Below, in pieces: positions 38,031 through 47,173 of a DNA stretch of 47,173 nt (its first letter is position 1; each line of letters begins with the position of its first letter). Made by a program: the position numbers and the translations under genes. The notes beneath the pieces are model-generated. The model was not told the DNA's origin and searched no databases. It worked only from the letters and a program-made list of their open reading frames with translations. The stretch is from Cyclobacteriaceae bacterium. Lineage in GTDB: Bacteria; Bacteroidota; Bacteroidia; Cytophagales; Cyclobacteriaceae. The stretch is from contig JAYVAI010000484.1 of assembly GCA_043751075.1 (NCBI GenBank), positions 1 through 47,173 on the forward strand. The letters are read 5' to 3'.

Positions 38031-38061
38031 TTTGCCGAATGAACCGAACAGTCTAAATTTG
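38031..38061 (+). promoter_or_regulatory. Bacteroidota primary-sigma promoter (-33/-7)
   Basis: TTTG-N19-TAAATTTG. Confidence 0.65.
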
Positions 38062-38141
38062 CGGTTCTTTAAACGCCTACAGGCAGTAGGGCTGAAGCAG
38101 TTGTAAAGCATTTTTTAGTTAACCAACCTTATTTATTTCTT

Positions 38142-40280
38142 ATGGCATTGATCGCACAGTTGAGGAACAATATGACAAAATGGGTAGTAGGGCTTATAGC
38201 TCTTGCCCTGGCTGCATTTATTTTGGGCGGAGACCTGATTGGAAATGGCCCTAATTCAGTTTTTGGAAATGAAAACACGGTAGGGAAAATTGCGGGCTCA
38301 AGCATTTCCTTAGAGGATTACCAGGCTGCCATTCAAGAACGCGAAAACAATTACATCCTGAACTTTGGCCGTCAGGCGGGAGAAAGAGAAAGGCCGTTGC
38401 TCCAGCAGCAAGCCTGGGATCTTTTGATTGCACAAAAAGCCATTAAACCTGAGTATGAAAAATTAGGGGTTAAAGTGACCACCGAAGAAATCTGGGACAT
38501 GATACAAGGCAAGAACGTGGACGAGAACGTAAAGGCATCGTTCGTAGATTCTGCCGGTAATTTCGATCGCACCCGATTATTGCAATACATCAACCAATTC
38601 AATTCACCTGCTCCTATTGAGCCGCGTGCCTTCAACGCATGGCAAGAAGGCAAATTCAGGTGGAGCACTTTTCAAAAAGACCTGGGCATGGGCCGCGAGC
38701 GCATAAAATATGAAAACCTGTTGGTGAAGACCAACTACGTAACGGAGGCAGAAGCCGAGCGCGATTATCATTCACAAAGTGATGTGGCCGAAGTGAAATA
38801 TCTTTACGTGCCATTCTACGCCATCAGCGATTCGGTGGTTACAGTAAGCGACAGCGACCTGAAAACGTACTACAATCGCAACAAAGAAAAATACAAAGTT
38901 GAACAAACCCGTAGCCTAATCTATGTTTCCTTTCCGGTTAATGCCTCCGCAGACGATTCATTAAAGATACGCGAAGACCTTCAGAAAATTGCCACAGAAT
39001 TTAAAACCGTAACGGAAGATTCGGTGTTTGCGGTTTCACAATCCGAAGGTCAAACCCCATATTCAAAATACACCGTTTCCTCCCTGCCTTCATTGCTTAG
39101 CAATCAAAAAGAAAACCTTGTTGCAGGCCAGGTGATAGGCCCTGTGCTGGAAGGAAGTGCTTATAAAGTTTTCAAAATTTCCAAAATCGGAAAGGACACC
39201 ACCGGCACCGCCAGGGCCAGTCACATTCTTATTAGGTGGGACAGCGAAACGGATGCCGCCAAAAAAATTGCCAAAGAAAAAGCAAGAAAAATTTTAACCG
39301 AAATTAAAAACGGTGCCGACTTTGCCGCCAAAGCGCGCGAACATGGAACCGATGGCACCTCCACACAAGGTGGCGATTTAGGATTCTTCCCTTCGGGCCA
39401 GATGGTGAAGCCATTTGAGCAAGCCGTGTTCTCAGCAAAGAAAACTGGGTTGATCAATGATGTGGTTGAAACACCATTTGGATATCACATATTAGAGGTG
39501 ACCAGCCTTGTTGACTATACCGCCTACACGGTGGCCACTGTTGAATTGAACATCGCGCCAAGCGATGAAACATTGAACAATGCCTTTCTTAAAGCGCAAA
39601 CTTTTGCCAGCGACCTTTCGGGCGTAAATGATTTTAAAGAAAAAGCGAAAAAAGAAAACCTGACTGTGGTTGACGCAAATGATCTGGCCACAGGCGAAAG
39701 GAACATTGCCAACCTGGGTGAGGCCCGCCAGATGGTAACGTGGCTGTTCCGCGATGCAGAAATTGGCAAAGTCTCCGATGTGTTCGATCTGGATGCCACC
39801 TATGCGGTGGCCGTGATGACGGGAGAAGTAGAAGCCGGCTTTAAAGAATTTGATAAGGTGAAAGAAGAAATCACACCGGCTGTAAAGAATGAATTGAAGA
39901 GCAAAAAAATACTTGAAAAATTAAATGCCCAAAAAGGTACGCTCGAAGAAATAGCGACCGCATTCGGTGCGGATGCAACCGTAAATTCTTCCAGCGATTT
40001 AAAGTTCAATTCAAACACATTGCCTTCGGTGGGGCTCGACCCTATTGCTGTGGGAAAAGCATTTGCTTTGGAAAACGGAAAACGCACTGCGCCATTTGTT
40101 GGTGAAAACGGGGTGCTTATCATCGAGCTTCAAAATAAAACAATCGCGCCCGCAGTGGGCGACTACGCTACTTTCAAGAATCAATTGTTGCAGGGCTTAA
40201 ACGGAAAATCGAGTTTAGGTATTGCCGATGCAATAAAAGAAGGAGCTAGCATTAAAGACAACCGGTACAGATTTTTTTAA
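38142..40280 (+). CDS. ppiD: PpiD-like peptidyl-prolyl isomerase (SurA-N + parvulin)
   Basis: N-terminal TM anchor; ARASHILI, GGDLGFF…MVKPFE, ETPFGYHIL; DNRYRFF. Confidence 0.85.
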   Translation: MALIAQLRNNMTKWVVGLIALALAAFILGGDLIGNGPNSVFGNENTVGKIAGSSISLEDYQAAIQERENNYILNFGRQAGERERPLLQQQAWDLLIAQKAIKPEYEKLGVKVTTEEIWDMIQGKNVDENVKASFVDSAGNFDRTRLLQYINQFNSPAPIEPRAFNAWQEGKFRWSTFQKDLGMGRERIKYENLLVKTNYVTEAEAERDYHSQSDVAEVKYLYVPFYAISDSVVTVSDSDLKTYYNRNKEKYKVEQTRSLIYVSFPVNASADDSLKIREDLQKIATEFKTVTEDSVFAVSQSEGQTPYSKYTVSSLPSLLSNQKENLVAGQVIGPVLEGSAYKVFKISKIGKDTTGTARASHILIRWDSETDAAKKIAKEKARKILTEIKNGADFAAKAREHGTDGTSTQGGDLGFFPSGQMVKPFEQAVFSAKKTGLINDVVETPFGYHILEVTSLVDYTAYTVATVELNIAPSDETLNNAFLKAQTFASDLSGVNDFKEKAKKENLTVVDANDLATGERNIANLGEARQMVTWLFRDAEIGKVSDVFDLDATYAVAVMTGEVEAGFKEFDKVKEEITPAVKNELKSKKILEKLNAQKGTLEEIATAFGADATVNSSSDLKFNSNTLPSVGLDPIAVGKAFALENGKRTAPFVGENGVLIIELQNKTIAPAVGDYATFKNQLLQGLNGKSSLGIADAIKEGASIKDNRYRFF

Positions 40281-40301
40281 ACATAAAGATCAAAACCAGA
40301 A

Positions 40302-40334
40302 GCGCCCCGGTTTACATCGGGGCGTTTTATTTTT
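40302..40334 (+). terminator. intrinsic terminator
   Basis: CGCCCCG-GTTTACAT-CGGGGCG followed by TTTTATTTTT. Confidence 0.75.
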
Positions 40335-40379
40335 ACATGATTACCCAAAAGGGCGCAGCAATATTGGCAAAAGAGTAAT

Positions 40380-40643
40380 ATGGATGCAATTTGGTTTGCA
40401 AATTTTCGCGAGAAGCTGGATGGCCATTATGCATGGCCATCGCTTTACATCTTCAAGTTCATTGTGCCCACCGGCAAGGAGAACGAAGTGAAAAGCCTTT
40501 TTCCAAAACACACTTCCTCCGAAAAGCTTTCCAAAAACGGAAAATATACAAGCGTCACCATTGAAATGATGATGCCTTCCAGTGCCCTGGTGATTGAGGT
40601 TTATCAGGCAGCAGCAAAAATAGAAGGGATTATTGCCTTGTGA
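40380..40643 (+). CDS. DUF493 family protein
   Basis: WPSLYIFKFIVP…SKNGKYTSVTI…IEGIIAL. Confidence 0.85.
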   Translation: MDAIWFANFREKLDGHYAWPSLYIFKFIVPTGKENEVKSLFPKHTSSEKLSKNGKYTSVTIEMMMPSSALVIEVYQAAAKIEGIIAL

Positions 40644-40747
40644 TGTGAGGGGCAAATTGGTTGCAACAAACTATCCTACACCACCAAACTTTGCCGTTTA
40701 GAATCCTGACCCGATTATCCTAACTTTATTGCCTAAACACAATCGCC

Positions 40748-40975
40748 ATGTGGAACGAAGAAAACAACCGCCTAGTAAAAACTTTTAAATTCCGCGACTT
40801 CAAGGAAGCCTTTGGCTTTATGACCAAAGTGGCACTGATCGCAGAAAAAATGGATCACCATCCCAACTGGTCCAACGTTTACAACTCGGTCACCATTGAA
40901 CTATCCACGCACGATGCCGGAAATGTGGTGACAGAGAAAGACAGAAAACTCGCCAAAGAAATTGACAAGCTGTAA
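40748..40975 (+). CDS. phhB: pterin-4-alpha-carbinolamine dehydratase
   Basis: [15 protein letters not shown]…LSTHDAG…DRKLA. Confidence 0.9.
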   Translation: MWNEENNRLVKTFKFRDFKEAFGFMTKVALIAEKMDHHPNWSNVYNSVTIELSTHDAGNVVTEKDRKLAKEIDKL

Positions 40976-41082
40976 TTACGACTCTGAGAAATTGGCAGTT
41001 GAAAAAAAGCAATTGACAAAGTCCCCGATTCTGCCGTACATTTTGTCAATTTGAACCGTCAATTTTTGATCACAGCACTACC

Positions 41083-41763
41083 ATGAACCCAACTTCCCTC
41101 TACCTGGTGCCCACGCCCATCGGCAACTTAGGCGACATTACTCTGCGCGCATTGGAAGTTTTAAAAAAAGTAGATACGATTTTGGCGGAAGACACGCGCA
41201 CATCAGGATACCTGCTAAAGCATTACGAAATATCAAAACCGCTTCAAAGCTTTCACATTTTCAATGAACACAAAATGCTGGCTGGATTGATTGAGCGAAT
41301 GCAAAAAGGCGAAGTAATGGCACTCATCAGCGATGCGGGCACGCCAGGGATTTCCGATCCTGGCTTTTTATTGGTGCGCGAAGCCTTGAAGGCAAACCTT
41401 CAGGTAGATTGCCTGCCGGGTGCCACCGCGTTGATACCCGCTCTTGTCAAATCCGGTTTCCCTACCGATCGCTTTGTGTTCGAAGGATTTTTGCCCCATA
41501 AAAAAGGAAGGCAAACGCTTCTAAAAAAATTGGCCGAAGAAGATCGCACCATCGTGTTGTACGAATCTCCTCACCGGTTGATAAAAACAATAGAGCAAGT
41601 GATTGAATTTTTTGGTGCCGACCGTTTGATTTCTGTTTCGCGCGAGCTATCAAAATTGCACGAAGAAACTTTTACCGGCACGGCACAGGAAGTGCACCAG
41701 CATTTTTCGGCAAAAGATGTGAAAGGAGAAATAACAATAGTGATCGATGGCAAAAAAGAATAA
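41083..41763 (+). CDS. rsmI: 16S rRNA (cytidine1402-2'-O)-methyltransferase
   Basis: LYLVPTPIGNLGDIT, AEDTR, SDAGTPGISDPG, YESPHR, RELSKLHEE. Confidence 0.95.
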   Translation: MNPTSLYLVPTPIGNLGDITLRALEVLKKVDTILAEDTRTSGYLLKHYEISKPLQSFHIFNEHKMLAGLIERMQKGEVMALISDAGTPGISDPGFLLVREALKANLQVDCLPGATALIPALVKSGFPTDRFVFEGFLPHKKGRQTLLKKLAEEDRTIVLYESPHRLIKTIEQVIEFFGADRLISVSRELSKLHEETFTGTAQEVHQHFSAKDVKGEITIVIDGKKE

Positions 41764-42529
41764 CACGCCATCGCAAAATGTGTGGATACTGTTTGCCACC
41801 TCCACCTTGCTGCTATCGGCAGGATGGCTAATGAAATCTTTTCCCGTTTTCATTTTTGCCGGTCTTGCCCCGCTCTTTGCTATTTCCGATCAAGCCAAGG
41901 ATAAAGAATCGCCCTGGAACCACCTTGAATTGATATTACTTTCGCTGGCTATCTCATTTTTTTGCGCCCGTATTTTTGACACAGCCCAAATCATACCTAT
42001 ACTGGCCCAGTCCATTTTATTGGCGCTGGCTTTTGCGGGCTATACATTTTCATACCAGAGCTTGGGAAGCAGGCTTGGAAAATTTACCATCCTGTTTTTC
42101 TGGCTTGGCCTCGAGTACCTGATGCTGAAACTTCCCTGGCGGCAGAATTCCCTTTTTCTTGCCGATGCGCTCCTCTTAAAAACATCGTGGTGGAAATGGA
42201 ACACATCGCTCGGTTATCTGGGCATTTCATTTTGGGTGCTTACAGTAAACCTATTTTTTTATCTCGGCTTTTATAAATATTCCACCATCAATTGGTATCT
42301 CGTTGCGTTCTCTATTTTACTGATAGCTTGCCCCCTCATTTATTCAGTCTATTTTTTAGAAACCCCGGGCATAAGCCGCGAACAAATGATGTCGGTGTAT
42401 GGAACCGGAGAATTGCCCGTGAGCGAAAATTATAAAAACAGGGCGGAGTTTATTGTGCGCACCGCTACGTGGGTAGCTGTACTTATCTTACTTTTGGCAA
42501 TCGTAAAAAACAAAACACAAAAAAAATGA
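41747..42529 (+). CDS. Lnt-like membrane protein lacking the CN-hydrolase domain
   Basis: LLSAGW…FAGLAPLF…WLGLEYL…WWKWNTSLGYLGISFWV…N resembles the Lnt membrane region; only 260 aa; overlaps both neighbours. Confidence 0.7.
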   Translation: MAKKNNTPSQNVWILFATSTLLLSAGWLMKSFPVFIFAGLAPLFAISDQAKDKESPWNHLELILLSLAISFFCARIFDTAQIIPILAQSILLALAFAGYTFSYQSLGSRLGKFTILFFWLGLEYLMLKLPWRQNSLFLADALLLKTSWWKWNTSLGYLGISFWVLTVNLFFYLGFYKYSTINWYLVAFSILLIACPLIYSVYFLETPGISREQMMSVYGTGELPVSENYKNRAEFIVRTATWVAVLILLLAIVKNKTQKK

Positions 42530-43320
42530 ACTTGGCGGGATTGGAAAAAAATGTGGTTGAACTGTGCCAGGAAGTAGGTGCGTTTATGAGCAAAGAGCAA
42601 GCAGGATTCGACCTTTCGAAGATTGAACAAAAGGGAAGCTCCAGCAACTTGGTTTCCTATGTGGATAAAGAATCGGAAAAAAGACTCGTTGAAAAATTAT
42701 CAAAGTTTTTGCCCGGCTCCGGCTTTATTGCCGAAGAGGGCACCAACAAAACCGGCACCAATGAATATCGATGGATCATTGATCCCTTGGATGGAACTAC
42801 CAACTATTTGCACGGCCTGCCCCTCTACGCCATCAGTATCGGACTTCAAAAAAATGAACAAACCGTGTTAGGGGTTGTGTATGATGTGAGCCATCAAGAA
42901 TGTTTTCACGCCATTGAAGGAGAGCAGGCAAAATGCAATGGAAAGGAAATAAAAATTTCATCCATCAAAACGTTGGAAGAAAGTTTGTTGGCCACGGGGT
43001 TCCCCTATTATCATTCAGGAAAAAAAGAAGATTACTTAGAGATCATCAAAGTTTTTCTAGAGACAACGCACGGCATCAGGCGCCTTGGCAGTGCAGCCAT
43101 CGACCTTGCTTATGTTGCATGCGGAAGGTTGGAGGGGTTCTTTGAATATGACCTCAAGGCGTGGGATGTGGCCGGGGGCGCATTTATTGTGCAACAGGCC
43201 GGAGGGAAAGTCTCTGATTTTAAAGGCGGATCAAATTATCTTTTTGGTGGCGAACTGTGTGCGGGCGGCCATGTGCAACCAGAGATGTTGAAGGTAATTC
43301 AGGAGAAGTGGTGGAAGTAA
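42526..43320 (+). CDS. suhB: inositol monophosphatase family protein
   Basis: WIIDPLDGTTNY, ATGFPY, RRLGSAAIDLAYVACGR, WDVAGG. Confidence 0.93.
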   Translation: MNLAGLEKNVVELCQEVGAFMSKEQAGFDLSKIEQKGSSSNLVSYVDKESEKRLVEKLSKFLPGSGFIAEEGTNKTGTNEYRWIIDPLDGTTNYLHGLPLYAISIGLQKNEQTVLGVVYDVSHQECFHAIEGEQAKCNGKEIKISSIKTLEESLLATGFPYYHSGKKEDYLEIIKVFLETTHGIRRLGSAAIDLAYVACGRLEGFFEYDLKAWDVAGGAFIVQQAGGKVSDFKGGSNYLFGGELCAGGHVQPEMLKVIQEKWWK

Positions 43321-43353
43321 ATTGACGCGATAGAACTATTGACTCAGCAAGAA

Positions 43354-43584
43354 TCAAACAACAACTAAAGTTTCTTCATGGGCTACCAGTGCCGATGCGT
43401 ATAGAAGTGCAGCGTTAATATCTTCCCTTGTTAAATGCGGGTACATATCTACCACATCTGTAAAAGAGCTTCCTTCAGAAAGGGTTTTAAGAATAAGCTC
43501 AGCAGTAATCCTTGTTCCTTTTATTGTGGGCTTTCCAAGCATAATGGCAGGGTCAACAACAATTCTATTATTTATGTTTTCCAT
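43354..43584 (-). CDS. DUF433 family antitoxin
   Basis: RIVVDPAIMLGKPTIKGTRI…YPHLTREDINAALLYA. Confidence 0.9.
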   Translation of the reverse strand: MENINNRIVVDPAIMLGKPTIKGTRITAELILKTLSEGSSFTDVVDMYPHLTREDINAALLYASALVAHEETLVVV

Positions 43585-43729
43585 TTTCAAAGATAATTGA
43601 TTTTGAGCAAAATCTTAGCTGTGGGGGGTGCATTGGATGATTACAAATTGCACTGGATTAAAAAACAATAGCCTATCATCAGAAACCAAATCCCGTGGAG
43701 AATATTTATCCTGAAACTCAAGTGCGCTG

Positions 43730-43848
43730 GCCCGGCAAAAAGGCGGGGGTGCGATAGGATGCGGGAGGAAGCATCTTTTTGTCTTGACTTTTTTTCCCAA
43801 TGGGATGCCTGTGGCGTGGGTACTTTTTTGTGTCAAGACAAAAAAGTG
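43730..43848. repeat. intergenic palindromic element
   Basis: CTTTTTGTCTTGAC…GTCAAGACAAAAAAG inverted arms; loop contains CCCAATGGGATGCCTGTGGC. Confidence 0.6.
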
Positions 43849-43938
43849 CCAAATCAAAAATTGAAACATACATGAACATACTAAAAATTGAATGAAAAGT
43901 ACGTGTACCGTGCAACTTGAGCAAATAGAACGATAATG

Positions 43939-44350
43939 CTACTTCAATTTTGAAATAGCCTCCTCCACATCGGAAACATAAATTTCGTTCTGCACTTCTG
44001 CATACGGATCTTTATGTTTGATGCCTTTTCCGTTGATCAGTTCGAGGGCCGTAGCGAGCTGCCCTTTGGCCTCAGCGTTCATCCCCAGTTCTAAATAAAT
44101 CATCCCTTTCCAATAATATGGATCGGCCAGCGTGCTGTACACCTTTATTTCATTATCAAAATCTTTTAGCGCACTCTCCACATCACCCATTTTCATTTTC
44201 AAAAGTCCACGATAAAGATAATCATACAGGCCTACCCAATCTTCACCTCGTTCTTTAATAGTGTTGGCAATGGCTTTATCGTAATAGGTCAACGCCAGAA
44301 GGTTGTTGCCAAGTGCCGCATGTGCTTCACCCAAAATAATATAGATATTG
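43939..44350 (-). pseudogene. TPR protein 3' fragment
   Basis: TPR-like ALTYYDKAI, YRGLLK..GD..SALKDF, YYWKG; no convincing start codon. Confidence 0.6.
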
Positions 44351-44438
44351 ATGAGACTAAAACTACAAAGCAACACTGAACCACGCCATTGCAGCAAGCT
44401 ATGTTAGTGAAATTGTCAGAATAACTTCCGCAAATATC

Positions 44439-44712
44439 GGGTGCATTTCAAAAAGACGCAGTGATTTATCGCTGACCTTGACAACGAAAATCACTCATCA
44501 GAAATTTTTAGGCAAACGTCAGTTTTGTGTTTGGGACTAAAGTCCCTTTTAGTTTGCTTTCAATTGCCACGGGCTTAAGCCCGTGGTAATTGAAAACCTG
44601 TAGGAAGTGGGCTTTAGCCCAACGTATCGATGCAGTACACGCACAAACTCTATTGCTTACAGTAATGTCGGTTAAAACTGGAAGCGCGACCATGTCTTTT
44701 TGAAATGCACCC
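44439..44712. mobile_element. MITE, 274 bp
   Basis: Perfect 19 bp TIRs GGGTGCATTTCAAAAAGAC; 8 bp flanking direct repeat CAAATATC (44431-44438 and 44713-44720). Confidence 0.9.
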
Positions 44713-44735
44713 CAAATATCAAAGAAAATAACAGG

Positions 44736-44911
44736 CCATAAGGTCGTCCCTCCAGGACTTACTTCTAACGCAAATACATAACTCTACCATAAGGATCATC
44801 CCTCCGGGATTTTTGGTATTGTTTGAATCTTAGTCCGCCATTGGTGGACGGACTTATGGTAGAAGGATATGTTTGAGTGAAGGTGATAAGTCCCAGAGGG
44901 ACGACCTTATG
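44736..44911. repeat. REP cluster (inverted pairs)
   Basis: CCATAAGGTCGTCCCTCCAGGACTT … AAGTCCCAGAGGGACGACCTTATG, plus an inner pair CTACCATAAG…CTTATGGTAG. Confidence 0.75.
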
Positions 44912-44917
44912 CAAAAG

Positions 44918-45358
44918 TTATTTTGGAAATATTTTTTTTAACTCAATTAGTCTTTCATTTGCTTCGGCCAAAGTCGGATATTTCTCTATAAATATGCTTT
45001 GTCCATCTGGCATTTTTAAAGTCAAGCAATAATACTTTTTTTTGTCTTGTTCAAGTATCACACTTACCGGCATTTCCAAAATCTTATTATTGAATTTGAA
45101 TGCACCAAGTTTGTAAAACGTTTCTAAGTTTTTGTTGGGTGTCGTTTCCATTATTTGTCCAAATGGAACTTCTCCCAGCAAATAAGAGAGACCAATTAAT
45201 GCGAATGAAAATATTAACGATTGAAAAATACTTATCCCTTTGCCTATTGGTGTATTTATGTAAGCAAAAAAAAGGCAGACCGTAAAAATTGTAAAAATCC
45301 CAATTGCAATATTTTTAAGTCGATTATTTGTCAGTATGTTATAATAAAATTGTCCCAT
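44918..45358 (-). CDS. hypothetical membrane protein, AT-rich
   Basis: 146 aa with two N-terminal TM helices. Confidence 0.7.
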   Translation of the reverse strand: MGQFYYNILTNNRLKNIAIGIFTIFTVCLFFAYINTPIGKGISIFQSLIFSFALIGLSYLLGEVPFGQIMETTPNKNLETFYKLGAFKFNNKILEMPVSVILEQDKKKYYCLTLKMPDGQSIFIEKYPTLAEANERLIELKKIFPK

Positions 45359-45399
45359 GTCCGATTGAATTGGCGCTTACTTTTCTATTGCCAGCAGTG

Positions 45400-46863
45400 T
45401 CACTGCTTCCCCTTCCTAAAATCCAACGGAGGTTTTCTATCGCCAATCATGGACTTGTATTTGAAACCTGGGCCAACAAAATCGTCCAACTCTTTTTTTG
45501 CTTTGCCAATGATGGAAGGATTGTTGAAAATATCTATGCCCGTCATGGCAATAATTTTTGCTGCGTTGTTCATCGCTTTGTAGCCAATGCTCATGCCGCC
45601 AGTTGCCACCGCCTGCCATGAGTGGGCCGGCACACCGGGCACCCACGTGGCCACGCCCAGCCCCGCGGTGGGCACTACCCACGTGATGTCGCCCACATCC
45701 GTAGAGGCCGGAAAGAAACCACCCGTCTTGAAAGGTTGAACTTGTGTGGCCGATTCAAGGGGTGGCACTTTAAAGGTAAGCGTGCTTTGTATTTTTTTTC
45801 CAAACGCAATTTCATCCTGCGTGTAATTTACTCCACCTACTGTTTTGAGATTGTTGTACATCAGGCTGGCAAGCGTTTCGTTGGGCACTAAGTTGAACGA
45901 GCCGGAGATCACTTCATATTTCATGGTGGTCTCCGTGCCACTGGCTGCACCCTCGGCAGCTTTTACAATGCGGTTCCAGATTTCTTCCACCATGCGCGCG
46001 TCTGGGTGGCGCACCATGTATTCTGCTTCGGCATAGTCGGGAACAACGTTGGCGGCCAAGCCACCTTTGTTGATCACGTAATGTATGCGTGTTTCCTGCG
46101 GCACATGTTCGCGCATCAGGTTCACCATATAATTCATGGCTTCCAACCCATCCAAAGCCGAACGTCCGGCTTGCGGTGCGGCCGCTGCGTGTGCCGATTT
46201 CCCATAAAACTTAAAAATAGTTTGTTTGATGGCGAGGCACGATTGCGGGCTGGCGTCATTGGCGCTGCTTGGATGCCAGTGCAATACGGCATCCACATCG
46301 TTGAACAACCCATCGCGCACCATATACACTTTTGCTGCGCCACCTTCTTCGGCAGGGGTGCCAAATAATTTTATCGTGCCCGCTTTTTTATTTTTGATGA
46401 GCCACTCTTTCAGCGTGACGGCCGCAGCCACCGAGGCCGTGCCAAACAAGTGATGACCACACGCGTGACCGGGCCCTCCTTCAATTTTTATTTTCCTGTC
46501 GGCAATGGAATCTTGCGAAAGTCCTGGCAGTGCATCAAACTCGGCCAAGATGCCAACAACGGGATCACCGCTTCCAAAGGTGGCGGTAAATGCGGTAGGC
46601 ATTTCGGAAACTCCTGTTTCGATTTTAAATCCTTCGCTGCGCAGCACCCCTTGCAGGCGCTCGGTGCTTTGTGTTTCCAAAAAACCCAGTTCGGCATAGC
46701 CCCAAATATCGCGAGCCACTTTTTGATAGACGGGAAATTTTTTGTCAAGCTCGGCCACCACAAACAGTTTGTCGCGGTCGGGTTTTATTTTGGGATTGAT
46801 TTCGGTTTGTGCCTTCAGGGAGAATGCAGAAACGAGGAAAAAAAAGATGAGGATTTTTTTCAT
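45400..46863 (-). CDS. M20 amidohydrolase, AbgB-like, with signal peptide
   Basis: ELGFLE, AEFDALPGL, GHACGHHLFG, GTPAEEGG, HAAAAPQAGRSALD, STDVGD. Confidence 0.9.
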   Translation of the reverse strand: MKKILIFFFLVSAFSLKAQTEINPKIKPDRDKLFVVAELDKKFPVYQKVARDIWGYAELGFLETQSTERLQGVLRSEGFKIETGVSEMPTAFTATFGSGDPVVGILAEFDALPGLSQDSIADRKIKIEGGPGHACGHHLFGTASVAAAVTLKEWLIKNKKAGTIKLFGTPAEEGGAAKVYMVRDGLFNDVDAVLHWHPSSANDASPQSCLAIKQTIFKFYGKSAHAAAAPQAGRSALDGLEAMNYMVNLMREHVPQETRIHYVINKGGLAANVVPDYAEAEYMVRHPDARMVEEIWNRIVKAAEGAASGTETTMKYEVISGSFNLVPNETLASLMYNNLKTVGGVNYTQDEIAFGKKIQSTLTFKVPPLESATQVQPFKTGGFFPASTDVGDITWVVPTAGLGVATWVPGVPAHSWQAVATGGMSIGYKAMNNAAKIIAMTGIDIFNNPSIIGKAKKELDDFVGPGFKYKSMIGDRKPPLDFRKGKQ

Positions 46864-47173
46864 GAGGGTAGCTTTAAGATCATTCTTGGTTGAAAGTAAA
46901 TCAAAAGATGTGAGTATTGGAACTGGTATTTGATGGATGATTTTTGGTGGTGCGACAAATTTTTATGATTGCCACAGCCTTAAGCTAAAGTGAAGAAATT
47001 CATTTGGTGCATAAATCCTAATTACGTAGGGCGGATATATGTATGTTTTGTTAATTTAGGTGCGCAAATACGGTGGTTATGGGCAACCCCATTTTGACAT
47101 TTTCTCCTATCGAATTAAAAAGGAATTTGTAACCAGACAATAGGGGTAAATAGGATGGCAGTTGTCTTCTTTA

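Noticed and set aside
18475-43320. 25 kb genomic island bounded by suhB att repeats
   Set aside because: The interval is mostly housekeeping genes, has no integrase, the fragment lies upstream of the intact gene and is too diverged.
43615-43924. Two short minus-strand ORFs
   Set aside because: They run through a palindromic repeat and show no protein-like features.
46864-47173. Possible feature at the window end
   Set aside because: AT-rich intergenic sequence; nothing supportable.

Overview
Chromosomal segment of a Bacteroidota bacterium, most likely Cytophagales-like (T9SS C-terminal sorting domain, TAnnTTTG promoters, coaX-OMP-TPR-lptC-ppiD gene order). The backbone is housekeeping: ispE, Ldh_2 oxidoreductase, ndh, ABC permease, radical SAM/SPASM, DUF4105/Lnb, SDR, pepP, RidA, IscA-type, mce, coaX, lptC, ppiD-like, rsmI, suhB and an AbgB-like amidohydrolase. 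Accessory patches are interspersed. (i) At 0.7-11 kb: TA-like genes, a nonsense-inactivated LytTR regulator, two tandem FGE-sulfatase/CLec-fold paralogs and a 14-repeat Ig-like T9SS protein; the last two are both 5'-truncated at one junction near 5790. (ii) A YhcG/DUF1016 nuclease gene carrying three in-frame DNA palindromes. (iii) A 1.2 kb cassette bounded by ~140 bp direct repeats, holding a diverged suhB 3' tail and an orphan gene. (iv) A patch after suhB with a MITE (19 bp TIR, 8 bp TSD). Intergenic DNA is rich in several REP-like palindrome families, and several of these are interrupted by a 17-22 bp GC-rich mini-palindrome. An Lnt homolog lacking its catalytic domain co-occurs with an Lnb-type gene. 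I saw no rRNA, tRNA, CRISPR array, integrase, transposase or reverse transcriptase. All family assignments are from motif recognition by eye, not database searches.
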